In this document: piece after piece, positions 57,921-58,924 of the stretch | Numbering within the stretch: the stretch's first letter is position 1 | Layout: every line of letters begins with the position of its first letter | Program-made: the position numbers and the translations under genes | Notes under the pieces: generated by a model | Database searches by the model: none | Seen by the model: only the letters and a program-made list of their open reading frames with translations | What the model was told of the DNA's origin: nothing | Source: a virus | Taxonomy: Duplodnaviria > Caudoviricetes | Length of the DNA stretch: 58,924 nt | Strand: one strand, 5' to 3' | IMG/VR virus record: IMGVR_UViG_3300037119_004955 | Coordinates: 1 to 58,924 of that record

Positions 57921-57938
57921 TTGAATGCTCCTTTTACG

Positions 57939-58343
57939 TTATGGCCGAATGCGGCCAGACTTCATGCCTTGGGCATAGTACTTTTTGAACTTTGCCCGAG
58001 CATCTCTCGCTATCTGCCTTTTGGACTTAGCCCAGAACGGTCTAGGCTCCATGTTGGAAGTTCCGTGTTCAAGCCACTTTGAATGTCGGGCTCTGGTACG
58101 AAAACGAAGGTCTTCGATGGTGCTGGCTTTCGACACCACGTTGTAGCTGATACCGTTCCACAGCCTGCTTCTATCGCGACGTGGGAACTCATAAGGGTCA
58201 GATCGGATTATGGTTCCGCCAACCCTCTGCACCCGGATGCCGATGTTCTGCCGAATGTGCGCTACCCCCTGCTTCCCTATCTCTTCAAGAGCCTTCTTGG
58301 AAGCACGGCGGGATTTAGCAGATACATTGCTACGAAAGGACAT
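57939..58343 (-). CDS. HK97 gp10-like neck protein
   Basis: P.RD...L..GI and LEHGTSNMEPRPF motifs. Confidence 0.8.
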   Translation of the reverse strand: MSFRSNVSAKSRRASKKALEEIGKQGVAHIRQNIGIRVQRVGGTIIRSDPYEFPRRDRSRLWNGISYNVVSKASTIEDLRFRTRARHSKWLEHGTSNMEPRPFWAKSKRQIARDARAKFKKYYAQGMKSGRIRP

Positions 58344-58792
58344 CAGCCTTCTTTCATCTTCTCTGCAGCAGGTTTCGCACCGGTTCCAGTCTTAGGCTCC
58401 TCCCATTCGGGAGATCCCGTACCACCGGTCAGGTCGATTTCCTTGCCGCCGGTCATAAACACGGTCTCAGTTACGCCGCCTCCCGGAGCAGCGCGTACCA
58501 GACCCGGCACTTCCGTGAGTTTCTCAGGAACCGTGATTTCGACCTTCTTTGCTCCGGGGAATGCATTGACCCGCTGGTACATCCTAGCGAGGCCTTCTGC
58601 ATCAAGAATACCCCCGCCCACCGCTACGTTGTGATGGGTCACCTTGTCGTTGTGATGCGTGACCTTCACCCTGAATGACAGTCTTCCGCCAGGACGTCGC
58701 CTCACAACTCTCGGGGAGTTAGGATCCACGTCCTCTGGATCTCTTTCACTACCTGCCCCTCCTGCTCCCGCAAGTCTTGGATCCTTAGCCAT
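58343..58792 (-). CDS. Hypothetical protein in the head-tail region
   Basis: Coupled to both neighbours; internal KVTHHN duplication. Confidence 0.55.
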   Translation of the reverse strand: MAKDPRLAGAGGAGSERDPEDVDPNSPRVVRRRPGGRLSFRVKVTHHNDKVTHHNVAVGGGILDAEGLARMYQRVNAFPGAKKVEITVPEKLTEVPGLVRAAPGGGVTETVFMTGGKEIDLTGGTGSPEWEEPKTGTGAKPAAEKMKEG

Positions 58793-58924
58793 TACGATCC
58801 TTTCAGCAGCACTCCGTCTATCTCACCGGACATTGCTACTAAAAATGTTGTCATTGTTCTGACGTGCGCATCCTCTTCATCACCCTCATCCTCACCAGCC
58901 AGCTTGGTAACTTCAAACGATACA
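58792..58924 (-). CDS. 3' part of the junction-spanning tail terminator-like gene
   Basis: In frame with 1-464; TAA overlaps the ATG of the next gene (TAATG). Confidence 0.7.
   Translation of the reverse strand, partial: VSFEVTKLAGEDEGDEEDAHVRTMTTFLVAMSGEIDGVLLKGS
58872..58924. repeat. Terminal direct repeat, right copy
   Basis: Identical to 2-54. Confidence 0.95.

Noticed and set aside
1-58924. Temperate lifestyle or prophage
   Set aside because: No integrase, ParA or CI-like repressor recognised and no host flanks
1-58924. Stop-codon reassignment
   Set aside because: Core genes are full length in the standard code and TAA, TAG and TGA all end genes

Overview
The window looks like a complete, circularly permuted genome (about 58.87 kb) of an apparently lytic tailed dsDNA phage. 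Bases 2-54 are identical to 58872-58924, and a tail-completion-like ORF reads in frame across the join. A minus-strand late operon starts near 16.8 kb, wraps through the join and ends at 50.15 kb. It encodes membrane/lysis-like genes, beta-helix and fibre proteins, an adaptor, terminase, a Mu-like portal, an S49 protease-scaffold, the capsid, tail tube, chaperones, tape measure and tail tip. The plus-strand arm (17.5-50.2 kb) has six TTGCTT-N17-TAAAAT-type promoters, many small early genes and csrA. It also carries SNF2, RuvC, MazG, UDG, exonuclease, Sak4-like, SSB, PolA and primase/MCM-like helicase genes. Sequence hallmarks (CsrA type, an LEPR-xLL peptide, a PATQP tail) point to a Planctomycetota host. 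The main unexplained signals are: (1) a quasi-palindromic motif, CATCTTCTGGAGAAAAA, dispersed genome-wide in both orientations and several reading frames; (2) an NDT-HD-DUF6378-SDR-divergent ThyX operon next to a PolA with altered motifs, a candidate new DNA base-modification pathway; (3) a tRNA-like RNA with no anticodon arm; (4) a covarying CAA/CT internal-loop hairpin after consecutive early genes; (5) a shared basic terminal peptide tag on many proteins. All family calls come from motif recognition by eye, not database searches.
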